From an uncultured Thermoleophilia bacterium (GTDB taxonomy: Bacteria > Actinomycetota > Thermoleophilia > UBA2241): a stretch of 64,000 nucleotides of DNA. Under the pieces are notes generated by a model. That model saw only the letters and a list, made by a program, of their open reading frames with translations, was not told the origin of the DNA and ran no database searches. Where the stretch lies: NCBI GenBank assembly GCA_963831295.1, contig CAWHPR010000004.1:2026-66025 (forward strand), given 5' to 3'. Below are positions 19,372 through 27,961 of this stretch, one piece after another. A program made the translations under genes and the position numbers. Positions within the stretch are counted from its first letter, which is position 1. Each line of letters starts with the position of its first letter.

Positions 19372-20787
19372 ATGCCAGAGGCGTCACTCACGGTCTGGGA
19401 CGGTGCCGCGTGCCGGCGCGTCCACGAAGCCACACTCGACCTGCTCGCCAGAGTCGGCGTGGAGGTCAAGTACGAGCCCGCGCTCGAGCTGTTCCGCGCC
19501 GCCGGAGCCGACGTGTGCGAGCGCCGCGTGCGCATACCCGCGGCGCTGGTCGAGGCCGCTCTCGCGAGCGCCCCTCGCGAGTGGCCCCTCAAGCCGCGTG
19601 GCGGCGACACAGAGCCGCTGACGCTGCGCGACGGCGAGGTCTACTACGGCACCGGATCGGACGTGCTCTACGTCCGCGCCTCCGAGACCGGCGAGCGCCG
19701 CCGCGCCCGCCGCGACGATGTGGAGGGCGCGGCCGCCCTCTGCGAGAAGCTCCCGAACATCGACTTCGTGATGAGCATGGGACTGCCCGAGGACGCTCCG
19801 CAGGAGATCGACGATCTCGTCCAGGTCGTCGCCATGCTGCGGGGCACGCGCAAGCCGCTCCTCGTGGCTCCGCGCGACGGCAGCGTGCTGGCGCGGATGC
19901 AGGAGATGGCGGCGGTCTGCGGCGAGAGAGACAGCTTCGCCATCTACGCCATGCCGTCGCCCCCGCTGATGCACGACGCCGATGCGCTGACCAAGGTGAT
20001 CGGCTGCGCGGAGCTTCTGATCCCCGTCGTGTACGCGCCGGCGCCGAACATGGGTGCGACCGGTCCGCGCAGCATCGCCGGGTCGGTCCTCCTCGGCAAC
20101 GCCGAGACCCTCAGCGGGCTGGTGCTGCACCAGCGCGTCAAGCCGGGGGCGCCGTTCGTCTACGGGGTCGGCGCCGGCGCCATGGACATGCGCACCATGA
20201 CCGACCCGTACGTGGCTCCCGACGCGATCCTCGCGCAGCAGGTCGGCACCGATCTCGCGCGGCACTACGGGCTGCCGAGCTTCTCCTACGCCGGTATGTC
20301 CGACTCGAAGACCCTCGACGAGCAGTGGACCGCTGAGGCCGCGCTCAGCATGGCCTACGGCTCGCTGTCGCGTGCCACGCTGCTGCACGACGTCGGCTAC
20401 CTCGAGTCTGGGCTGCAGAGCTCCTGCGAGTCGATCGTCTTCGGCGACGAGCTCGTCGGCTACGCGCGCCAGTTCATGCGCAGCGTGCCGGTCGACGACT
20501 ACGCCCTCGCCGTGGACGAGATTGAGGCGGCCGGGCCGGGCGGCAACTTCCTCGCCAGCAAGTACACGCGCAAGCACCACCGCGAGTTCTGGTCCGGCGA
20601 CCTGTTCGATCACGCCGTCCACGATCGCTGGGCCGCGTCCGGCGCGACGACGCTGGGCGAGCGCGTCCGGGCGAAGACCGCTCGCTTGCTCGGTGAGCCG
20701 CGGGGCTTCGCTCTGTCGAGCGAGCAGGACAAGCATCTGGAGACGCTTCTCAGCGAGGCCCTGCAGGACGCGGGCGCACGAGTCTGA
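19372..20787 (+). CDS. MttB-superfamily (trimethylamine methyltransferase family) corrinoid-dependent methyltransferase, non-pyrrolysine type
   Basis: ATG at 19372 follows gggaggag. 471 aa with no in-frame TAG. N-terminal TVWDG..., and the length and overall sequence look like the non-Pyl MttB family (quaternary-amine methyltransferases). Confidence 0.8.
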   Translation: MPEASLTVWDGAACRRVHEATLDLLARVGVEVKYEPALELFRAAGADVCERRVRIPAALVEAALASAPREWPLKPRGGDTEPLTLRDGEVYYGTGSDVLYVRASETGERRRARRDDVEGAAALCEKLPNIDFVMSMGLPEDAPQEIDDLVQVVAMLRGTRKPLLVAPRDGSVLARMQEMAAVCGERDSFAIYAMPSPPLMHDADALTKVIGCAELLIPVVYAPAPNMGATGPRSIAGSVLLGNAETLSGLVLHQRVKPGAPFVYGVGAGAMDMRTMTDPYVAPDAILAQQVGTDLARHYGLPSFSYAGMSDSKTLDEQWTAEAALSMAYGSLSRATLLHDVGYLESGLQSSCESIVFGDELVGYARQFMRSVPVDDYALAVDEIEAAGPGGNFLASKYTRKHHREFWSGDLFDHAVHDRWAASGATTLGERVRAKTARLLGEPRGFALSSEQDKHLETLLSEALQDAGARV

Positions 20788-20953
20788 GGGCCCGCCGAAA
20801 CACGGCGGTCATGTCGCCGCGGGTCGCCGGGCCGTCATCACCTCCGTGTGGGTCGGGCAAGTGACGAGAGCTTACGGGGGCCGGATGGGGGGAATCTGAG
20901 ACGCGGCCGTGGTCTGGCTGTGACGGAGGCTGCTCCGCTGGCGTGGAGGGGGC

Positions 20954-22132
20954 CTACGCGCGCGGCAGGGTGACCGTGACGATGAGTCCGCCCTCCGGAG
21001 GTGCTTCGGCCGAGACCGCGCCGCCGTGCACCACGGCGACGGCGGCCACGATCGCGAGGCCCAGCCCGGATCCCCCGGTGCGTCTGCTGCGTGACGTCCC
21101 GCGCCGGTAGAAGCGCTCGAAGAGTCGAGGCACTTCATCCGGGCTGATGGCGTCGCCGTCGTTCGCGACGCGCAACGTCGCCCGGTCACGCTCTTCCGAG
21201 CCGACCGTCACCTGGACGACGCTGCCCGACGAGGCGTAGCGCACGGCGTTGTCCACGAGATTGTCTGCGAGCCGCTCGAGCAGAGCCTCGTCGCCGCTCA
21301 CGATCGACGGCTGCGCGAGCACGCGGACCTCGATGCCTCGCGCGTCGGCGGCGCGGGCATGCTGCCGGACGGCCCTGTCGATCACGCGGGCGATGTCGAC
21401 CGACTCGCGCTCGCTCAGATCCCCGCTCTCGGCAAGCACGAGGAGCTTGTCGATCACGTCCTCGCTGCGGGCGATGGCGGCGCGGATCGTCTCCGCCATG
21501 CGGCGCAGCTCGTCGGCGTCGGTCTCGGGGTCGGTGAGCGTGACGTCCAGTTCGGTGCGCATGATCGCCAGCGGCGTGCGCAGCTCGTGGGACGCGTTCG
21601 AGACGAACTCGCGCTGGGCGGCGAAGGCCGCCTCGAGACGGCCGAGCATGGCGTCGAACGCGTCTGCCAGCTGCCCGAGCTCGTCCTTGGGGCCCTTGAG
21701 GGCGATGCGCTCGTGCAGGGTGCTGGCCGACAGCCGGCGGGCCACAGCGGAGATCTCCTGGACCGGGCGCAACATGCGCCCGGCCATCCACCAGCCGGCC
21801 ACGACCGAAACGAGGGTCGCGATGGCGAGCGCCAGGAAGGTGACGCGGAACAGGGCGCCGAGCAGCTCTGAGAAGACCTGGTTCTGGAGCTGCCGCACGA
21901 AGGCGCCCACGGTCTGCTCACCACCGGAGGCCGACGGCATCTCCTGCTGCAGATAGGCCTGCGACAGCTGCAGGTGCTCGGTGGTGCGCTCCGTCAGCTC
22001 ACCCGAGTCGCTGACCGCGGCCTGGCCCAGCAGCACGTAGCTGAGCCCGATGAGGAGGAAGCCGATGACGAAGAACAGCAGCCCGTACGACACGGTGAGA
22101 CGCAGTCGAAGGCTGGTGCGGCGCTTCGTCAC
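20954..22132 (-). CDS. Sensor histidine kinase (2 TM, HAMP, HisKA, HATPase)
   Basis: H-box NASHELRTPLAIM, N-box DNLVDNAVRY, G-box GGSGLGLAIV. Confidence 0.9.
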   Translation of the reverse strand: MTKRRTSLRLRLTVSYGLLFFVIGFLLIGLSYVLLGQAAVSDSGELTERTTEHLQLSQAYLQQEMPSASGGEQTVGAFVRQLQNQVFSELLGALFRVTFLALAIATLVSVVAGWWMAGRMLRPVQEISAVARRLSASTLHERIALKGPKDELGQLADAFDAMLGRLEAAFAAQREFVSNASHELRTPLAIMRTELDVTLTDPETDADELRRMAETIRAAIARSEDVIDKLLVLAESGDLSERESVDIARVIDRAVRQHARAADARGIEVRVLAQPSIVSGDEALLERLADNLVDNAVRYASSGSVVQVTVGSEERDRATLRVANDGDAISPDEVPRLFERFYRRGTSRSRRTGGSGLGLAIVAAVAVVHGGAVSAEAPPEGGLIVTVTLPRA

Positions 22133-22782
22133 AGCCGGTACCCCGCCCCCGGGAGCGTCTCGATGGGCTGCGGCTCGCCGAGCTTCCTGCGCAGGGTCAT
22201 CATGGTGACGCGCACCACGTTGCTGAAGGGGTCCGTGTTCTCGTCCCAGACCTTCTCGAGCAGCTCCTCGGCCGACACGGTACCCCCGTCGGCGGCCAGA
22301 AGTACCTCGAGCACGCCGAACTCCTTGTTGGTGAGGCCGAGCTCGCGATCGGCGCGAGTCGCACGACGAGCGGCCGGGTCGAGCTCGATCTCGGCACGAC
22401 GAAGGACAGGCCGGCGCGGCGGGCCGGCGCGTCGCGCCAAGGCGCGTATGCGCGCCACGAGCTCGTCGAAGGCGAAGGGCTTGCCGAGGTAGTCGTCCGC
22501 CCCGAGGTCGAGTCCGGCGATCCTGTCGTGCAGGGCGCGCGCTGCGGTGAGCATCAGGATCCGGGCCGTGGACTCCGAGGCGGCGAGCCGCCGGCAGACC
22601 TCGTCGCCGTGCAGCTCCGGCAGGTTGCGGTCCAGGATGACGACGTCGTAGTCGTTGAGGGACGCCTTCTCGAAGCCGCTGAGGCCGTCGAGCGCCACGT
22701 CGACCGCCATGCCCTGGAGGCGTAGACCGCGAGCGATCGCGGCGGCGAGAGCCTCTTCGTCCTCGATGATGAGCACACGCAC
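22129..22782 (-). CDS. OmpR/PhoB-family response regulator
   Basis: Receiver domain MRVLIIEDE...VVILDRNLPELHG, winged-helix C-terminus. 4-bp overlap with the kinase gene. Confidence 0.9.
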   Translation of the reverse strand: MRVLIIEDEEALAAAIARGLRLQGMAVDVALDGLSGFEKASLNDYDVVILDRNLPELHGDEVCRRLAASESTARILMLTAARALHDRIAGLDLGADDYLGKPFAFDELVARIRALARRAGPPRRPVLRRAEIELDPAARRATRADRELGLTNKEFGVLEVLLAADGGTVSAEELLEKVWDENTDPFSNVVRVTMMTLRRKLGEPQPIETLPGAGYRL

Positions 22783-23019
22783 GGCACTTCCCTTCGCGGT
22801 TCTCTCCGGCGTCAGAGGGTCGTGTGGCCGGGAGCGGGGTGCGCGATCGATTGTCGCACCTCTCGCGTAGGGACAGCGTAAGGCGGCTGCGGCGCGGGCA
22901 CCAGCGGAGCCTTACGCTGACCTTATCCGCTCATGGGTAGTGTGGTGCTCCGAGCACGTCTCGACAACGACACCACCCTTCTCGGCTCGACGCCGTGGCG
23001 GATGACGGAAGGATCGAGA

Positions 23020-24033
23020 ATGACGATGACGTCCTGCCGACCCAGCGATCGCGACGGCGCCGGCCAGGGGGCGGAGGAGCCGCCCGTGGTCCTGGCCACT
23101 CACGGTCTCACGAAGGTCTTCGACGGCATCGTGGCGGTCGATGACCTGGACCTCAGCGTGCGACGCGGCGACGTCTTCGGCTTCCTCGGCCCCAACGGCG
23201 CCGGCAAGACGACGACGATCCGGATGATCTTCGGTCTCATCTACCCGACCAGCGGCCATGTCGAGGTGCTCGACCATCGTGTCCCTGAGGACAGGCGCGA
23301 AGCGCTGCGGCACATCGGCGGCTTCGTCGAGGTGCCGGCCTTCTACGGCAACATGAGCGCCCGCCGCAACCTGCGGCTCATGGGTCGGCTGAACCACGTG
23401 AACGACGAGAAGCGGATCGACGAAGTGCTCGACAGCGTCGGCCTGCTGGAGCGCGCCGACTCGAAGGTCGCCGACTACTCCCACGGGATGAAGCAGCGCC
23501 TGGGCATCGCCAACGCGCTGCTGCACCGCCCGGAGCTCATCATTCTGGACGAACCCACGAGCGGTCTCGATCCGCAGGGCATGAAGGACGTGCGCGAGCT
23601 CATCCGTGCGCTGGGAGCCGGCGGCACGACGGTGTTTCTCTCCTCACATCTGCTGCATGAGATCGAACAGATCTGCAACCGTGCCGTGATCATCCACAAG
23701 GGACGCGTGATCGTCGAAGGACCGGTGGCCGAGTTGCGCCCCGCGAGCTCCGCCGTGAAGGTGCTCACGAGCGATCAGGAGCGAGCGCACGCGGTGATCG
23801 CCGCGCTCGTCGGCCCGCAGGCCGTCGTCGGCGACGAGGGCTATCTCCTCGTCGAAGGCTCGGATGGCATGGTGCGCGAGATGGTGCGGCGCCTGGTCGC
23901 CGAGGGTCTCGGTGTCGACGCCGTGATCCCCGCGCGTGAGCAAGGCCTCGAAGACTACTTCCTGGGGCTCACCCAGAGTCCGGATGTGGTCGCCCCGTCG
24001 GAAGCACCTCGTGAGAAGGGCGGCGCGCGATGA
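23020..24033 (+). CDS. ABC transporter ATP-binding protein (ABC-2 exporter type)
   Basis: Lies in ORF 22933-24033 with ATG at 23020. Walker A GPNGAGKTTT, signature YSHGMKQRL, Walker B LIILDEPTSGLD. Confidence 0.9.
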   Translation: MTMTSCRPSDRDGAGQGAEEPPVVLATHGLTKVFDGIVAVDDLDLSVRRGDVFGFLGPNGAGKTTTIRMIFGLIYPTSGHVEVLDHRVPEDRREALRHIGGFVEVPAFYGNMSARRNLRLMGRLNHVNDEKRIDEVLDSVGLLERADSKVADYSHGMKQRLGIANALLHRPELIILDEPTSGLDPQGMKDVRELIRALGAGGTTVFLSSHLLHEIEQICNRAVIIHKGRVIVEGPVAELRPASSAVKVLTSDQERAHAVIAALVGPQAVVGDEGYLLVEGSDGMVREMVRRLVAEGLGVDAVIPAREQGLEDYFLGLTQSPDVVAPSEAPREKGGAR

Positions 24034-24845
24034 AGCTGCTGCACGGCGAAGTCACCAAGCTCCTCTTTCAGAAGCGCACCTACGTCGGCTGGATCGGGCT
24101 GTTCGCCATCCCCATCCTGATCGTCGTGGCGCTCTATCTCTCGTCCCCGTCATCAGGTGATCAGCATGACGGCCCGGGGGGCTACTTCGCGCTCGCCTCG
24201 GAGAACGGACTCCTCGTGCCGTTGGCCGCCATCACCGTGTTGACGACCTTCTTGCTGCCCTTGCTCGCCTCGATGGCGGGCGGTTTCCAGATCGCGGGCG
24301 AGGCCGAGAGCGGGACGATCAAGACCTGGCTCGTGCATCCCGTGAGTCGCGGCGGCGTGCTGGTCTCCAAATGGGTCGTCGCGGTCGTGTACCTGCTTGT
24401 CGGGCTGGCGCTGGTCGCGGCCAGCGGCTATCTGGCGGGTGTGGCCGTCTTCGGCGCACAGGCCCCTGCGCTGCTCTCGGGCGGCACGGTCAGCATCGCC
24501 TACGGCCTGTGGCTGACGCTCCTGGCCTACCTGTTCGTGGCGCTCGGCATGATCTGCGTGATCTCCTTGTCGATGCTCCTCTCGACGTTCACCGACTCGA
24601 GCCTGACGGCGGCCATCGGCACGCTGATCACTGTCTTCGTGATGCAGATCGTGAGCATGTTCAGCTACTTCGACTTCCTCGCGCCGTACCTGTTCACCAG
24701 CCATTTCGACGCCTGGCAGAACCTCTTCCAGGGGTCGATCGACTGGGCTCCGATCGAGAAGGGCTTGCTCGCCTTCGTTGCCTACATCGTCGTGTCGACT
24801 GTGGCGGCCTGGTACGTGTTCCGCCGCAAGGACATCCTCGTGTAG
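24030..24845 (+). CDS. ABC-2 family transporter permease
   Basis: 4-bp overlap with the ATPase gene. Six predicted TM helices. Confidence 0.8.
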   Translation: MKLLHGEVTKLLFQKRTYVGWIGLFAIPILIVVALYLSSPSSGDQHDGPGGYFALASENGLLVPLAAITVLTTFLLPLLASMAGGFQIAGEAESGTIKTWLVHPVSRGGVLVSKWVVAVVYLLVGLALVAASGYLAGVAVFGAQAPALLSGGTVSIAYGLWLTLLAYLFVALGMICVISLSMLLSTFTDSSLTAAIGTLITVFVMQIVSMFSYFDFLAPYLFTSHFDAWQNLFQGSIDWAPIEKGLLAFVAYIVVSTVAAWYVFRRKDILV

Positions 24846-25093
24846 AGGCGATCACGTTTGCCTGAAGCCGATTCCGTGGTATTGCTTACGTACCACGTGT
24901 CGATTCGCTACGACACGTACTCCCCTTCCCGCGGAACAGATCGTCGGCCTGTGCGCGGGATCGGTCTCCAATGTGGGCGGGATCCCCACCGACGTCGGCA
25001 ATCGCTTGCGCATGATCGTCCTACGTTGGCTTGGCCGCGATGGTGGGCCCAGCGGTCGGCGGGCGACTGGGCCGGCCGAACGGAATGGCGGGC

Positions 25094-25837
25094 ATGGAGC
25101 TTCTCCTGCTCTCGAACTCCACGAACTACGGCGGCACGATGTTCTCCCACGCCGCGGAGGCCTTCGCCGGAGTGTCGGCGGGCGACGTGGTGACGTTCGT
25201 CCCGTATGCCCTGGCGGACTGGGACGACTACGCCGACAGGGCCGCGGCCGCGCTCGGAGCCTTCGGCATCGAGGTCGTCTCGGCTCACCGGTCGGGCGCG
25301 CCCGACCGGGCGATCCTCGAAGCGGACGTGCTGATGATGGGCGGCGGGAACACCTTCCGGCTGCTCGACTCTCTCTACGCCCTCGGCGTGATCGAAGAGC
25401 TGGGCCGCCGCGTGCGCGCAGGCGCGATCCGCTACGTGGGCGCCTCCGCGGGGACGAACCTCGCGTGCCCGACCATCCGCACCACCAACGACATGCCGAT
25501 CTGCCTGCCGCCGAGCTTCGCGGCGCTCGGGTTGGTGCCCTTCCAGATCAACCTCCACTACATCGATGCCGACCCGGCTTCGACCTTCATGGGAGAGACC
25601 CGGGAGGAACGGATCGAGGAGTTCCTCGAGGAGAACGACTGCACGGTGCTGGCGCTGTACGAGGGCTCGTGGCTGCGGGTCAGCGGCGAGACGGCCGAGG
25701 TCGCGGGTCGGGCCCGCCTGTTCCAGCGCGCGGGCGTCGACACCTTCCGTGACGGTCTCGACGTCTCCGATCTCCTGCACCTGGCGCCGACCTTCGGTGG
25801 CGGGAGACGGCCGGAGCGATCCGGTCACATCATCTGA
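25094..25837 (+). CDS. pepE: Dipeptidase E (peptidase S51)
   Basis: Starts MELLLLSNST, as enterobacterial PepE does. Also GGGNTFRLL and YVGASAGTN (catalytic Ser context). Confidence 0.8.
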   Translation: MELLLLSNSTNYGGTMFSHAAEAFAGVSAGDVVTFVPYALADWDDYADRAAAALGAFGIEVVSAHRSGAPDRAILEADVLMMGGGNTFRLLDSLYALGVIEELGRRVRAGAIRYVGASAGTNLACPTIRTTNDMPICLPPSFAALGLVPFQINLHYIDADPASTFMGETREERIEEFLEENDCTVLALYEGSWLRVSGETAEVAGRARLFQRAGVDTFRDGLDVSDLLHLAPTFGGGRRPERSGHII

Positions 25838-25856
25838 CCCCAGACTGAGGAGTGCC

Positions 25857-27083
25857 ATGCCCGTAGCCCCGCCCACCGAGCCCTCGAGCGCCCGCGGCTC
25901 GGAAACGGTTCGAAGACCGGCCGACCGTACGCCGTCGTCGTCCCGGAGCGGTCGACTCTCCGGGTCAGCGCAGATCGACGGTACTGCGGTCGTCTACAGC
26001 GAAGCGAGCTTCGGCGCCATGGACGGCAAGACCGCCAACGGCTTGGTGCGCCATTCCGAGAAGTACGAGATCCTCTCGGTGATCGACAGCGAGAAGGCGG
26101 GGCTCGACTCCGGCGAAGTGCTCGGCGACAAGCCGAACGGGATCCCTATCTGCACCGATCTGGCGGACGCGATCACTGTGGCGGGGCGTGTCCCCGACTT
26201 CTTCATCTTCGGGATGGCGCCCGCCAGCGGCATGCTCTCTCCCCTCGAGCGCGGCGTCGTGCTCGACGCGATCGGACGGGGGATGAGCATCGTCAACGGT
26301 CTGCATGAGTTCCTGAACGACGATCCGGAGTTCGTGGCGGCGAAGGCGGCGCACAACGTGACGATCCTGGACGTGCGACGCCCACGCGACAAGAAGGACC
26401 TCCGGATGTTCAGCGGCAGCATCGCCAAGGTCACGTGTCCTCGCGTCGCCGTGCTCGGCACCGACGGCGCGATCGGCAAGCGCACCACCGCGACCGTCCT
26501 CACGCAAGCGCTCAACGAGCGCGGGATCAAGGCGGTCCTGGTCGGCACGGGGCAGACCGGGATCATCCAGGGCGCTCGCTACGGCGTGGCACTCGACGCC
26601 ATCCCGTGCCAGTACTGCTCGGGCGAGATGGAGGCCACCGTCGTGGAGGCCTTCGAAGGCGAGCACCCGGATCTCATCGTCATCGAAGGGCAGGGTGCGC
26701 TGAGTCATCCCGCCTACCTCACATCGAGCTTCATCCTGCGAGGCAGCCGGCCCGACGCGGTCATCCTGCAGCACGCGCCGGCGCGCCGCAGGTTGGGCGA
26801 CTTCGCCGACATGCCGATGCCGACTCCCGTGAGCGAGATCGACCTCATCGAGACCTTCGCCGCCACGAAGGTGATCGGCCTCACCATCAATCACGAGGAC
26901 ATGACGGATGCCGAGGTCGCGGCGGCGATCATTCTGTACGAGTGCGAGCTCGGCATCCCCGCCACGGATGCGCTCACGCGGTCGCCTGAGCGGTTGGTCG
27001 ACATGGTGGTGCGGGCGTTCCCTGAGCTCGAAGCGAAGCTGGACACGGGCGTGGCGGGAGAGGCGAGATCAGGCTTGGCGTGA
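25857..27083 (+). CDS. DUF1611 domain protein (DgcN-like putative N-acetyltransferase)
   Basis: ATG at 25857 follows gaggag. KTANGLVRHSEKYEILSVID...VAVLGTDGAIGKRTTA...IVIEGQGALSHPAY is typical of DUF1611. Confidence 0.7.
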   Translation: MPVAPPTEPSSARGSETVRRPADRTPSSSRSGRLSGSAQIDGTAVVYSEASFGAMDGKTANGLVRHSEKYEILSVIDSEKAGLDSGEVLGDKPNGIPICTDLADAITVAGRVPDFFIFGMAPASGMLSPLERGVVLDAIGRGMSIVNGLHEFLNDDPEFVAAKAAHNVTILDVRRPRDKKDLRMFSGSIAKVTCPRVAVLGTDGAIGKRTTATVLTQALNERGIKAVLVGTGQTGIIQGARYGVALDAIPCQYCSGEMEATVVEAFEGEHPDLIVIEGQGALSHPAYLTSSFILRGSRPDAVILQHAPARRRLGDFADMPMPTPVSEIDLIETFAATKVIGLTINHEDMTDAEVAAAIILYECELGIPATDALTRSPERLVDMVVRAFPELEAKLDTGVAGEARSGLA

Positions 27084-27133
27084 CACGGCGGGCCGCGGCG
27101 AGGCAGGCATGTCTTGGCTCGGCTCGCGTCCGC

Positions 27134-27700
27134 TCAGATCGCGAGGACCGTCGCCGTCGGCGACCGCTCCCCTGAGGCGGTGACGTAGAAGAGCTCGATG
27201 CAGCTCGTGCGGCCGTCGCGGGCGACCAGCACGACCATGAGGGTCCCGGCGAGATCGCGCTCGGTCGTCTGCGAGGCGACGAACGCACTGTAGGAGTACT
27301 GCTGGTTGCCGGTGACCCAGACAGCCGGCGGCATGCCGTTCGGGTCTACGGGCAGCCTGGTCTGACCGATGATCGCGCGGCTGCCGTCGAGCGGGTTGGC
27401 GTAGTCTGCCCACAGGCCGTCGGTGTGACCCTGCAGCGTTTGTGCGACGAGCTGCGAAGCCCTTTCCGTGGCGTCGCTGCCGCCTGTGATGCGGCAGTCC
27501 GCATCCAGACCCTCGATCAGGTGGCTCTTGAGCTCGAGCTCCAGCGTCTTGACGTTCTCCTTGAGGACTGACTCCTTGGCTCTGCTTGCGTACACGGGGA
27601 CGGCGACGGTCGCGAAGATGGCGGCGATGGCCACTGCGATCAGAGTCTGAAGGACTGAGAATCCGCTCTGGCTGCCGGTGATGGGGGCCCGACGGTGCAC
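27134..27700 (-). CDS. Prepilin-type N-terminal domain protein (pilin or pseudopilin-like), orphan
   Basis: GTG at 27700 follows aggagg. VHRRAPITGSQSG/FSVLQTLIAVAIAAIFATVAVPVY is a class III signal-like sequence with Gln where Glu+5 is expected. Confidence 0.6.
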   Translation of the reverse strand: MHRRAPITGSQSGFSVLQTLIAVAIAAIFATVAVPVYASRAKESVLKENVKTLELELKSHLIEGLDADCRITGGSDATERASQLVAQTLQGHTDGLWADYANPLDGSRAIIGQTRLPVDPNGMPPAVWVTGNQQYSYSAFVASQTTERDLAGTLMVVLVARDGRTSCIELFYVTASGERSPTATVLAI

Positions 27701-27849
27701 GATTGCCTCCTGCTTCGTCCTGCTTGGCAAGCCTGCTTCGGCGGGAGACCGCCTGTGTGCGCTTGCCGGTCGTCTCCATTGTCGGCGATCGCCGCGGCGC
27801 ACTGTATGGGTCATGCGTCCAGACGATCCACGTGCGCGACGCGACGAGA

Positions 27850-27888
27850 GACGCCGCGCGCCCGCCTTTCGGGCGGGCGCGCGGCGTC
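27850..27888 (-). terminator. 17-bp perfect-stem hairpin after the secreted repeat-protein gene
   Basis: gacgccgcgcgcccgcc, a 5-nt loop, then ggcgggcgcgcggcgtc. Confidence 0.55.
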
Positions 27889-27961
27889 CTTGTGGGCGTG
27901 GTGCGATCCGAGGGCGCCCCTCGCTCGCCGCGACAAGAGGGACGACCGCCGTGACCGCCTG

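Noticed and set aside
19372-20787. Pyrrolysine (in-frame TAG) in the MttB homologue
   Set aside because: The ORF is uninterrupted and no pylTSBCD genes are in the window, so this is a non-Pyl MttB-family member.
25566-25856. Long N-terminal extension of the DUF1611 ORF overlapping pepE
   Set aside because: It lies out of frame inside the well-supported pepE gene. ATG 25857, with a gaggag RBS just after the pepE stop, fits better.
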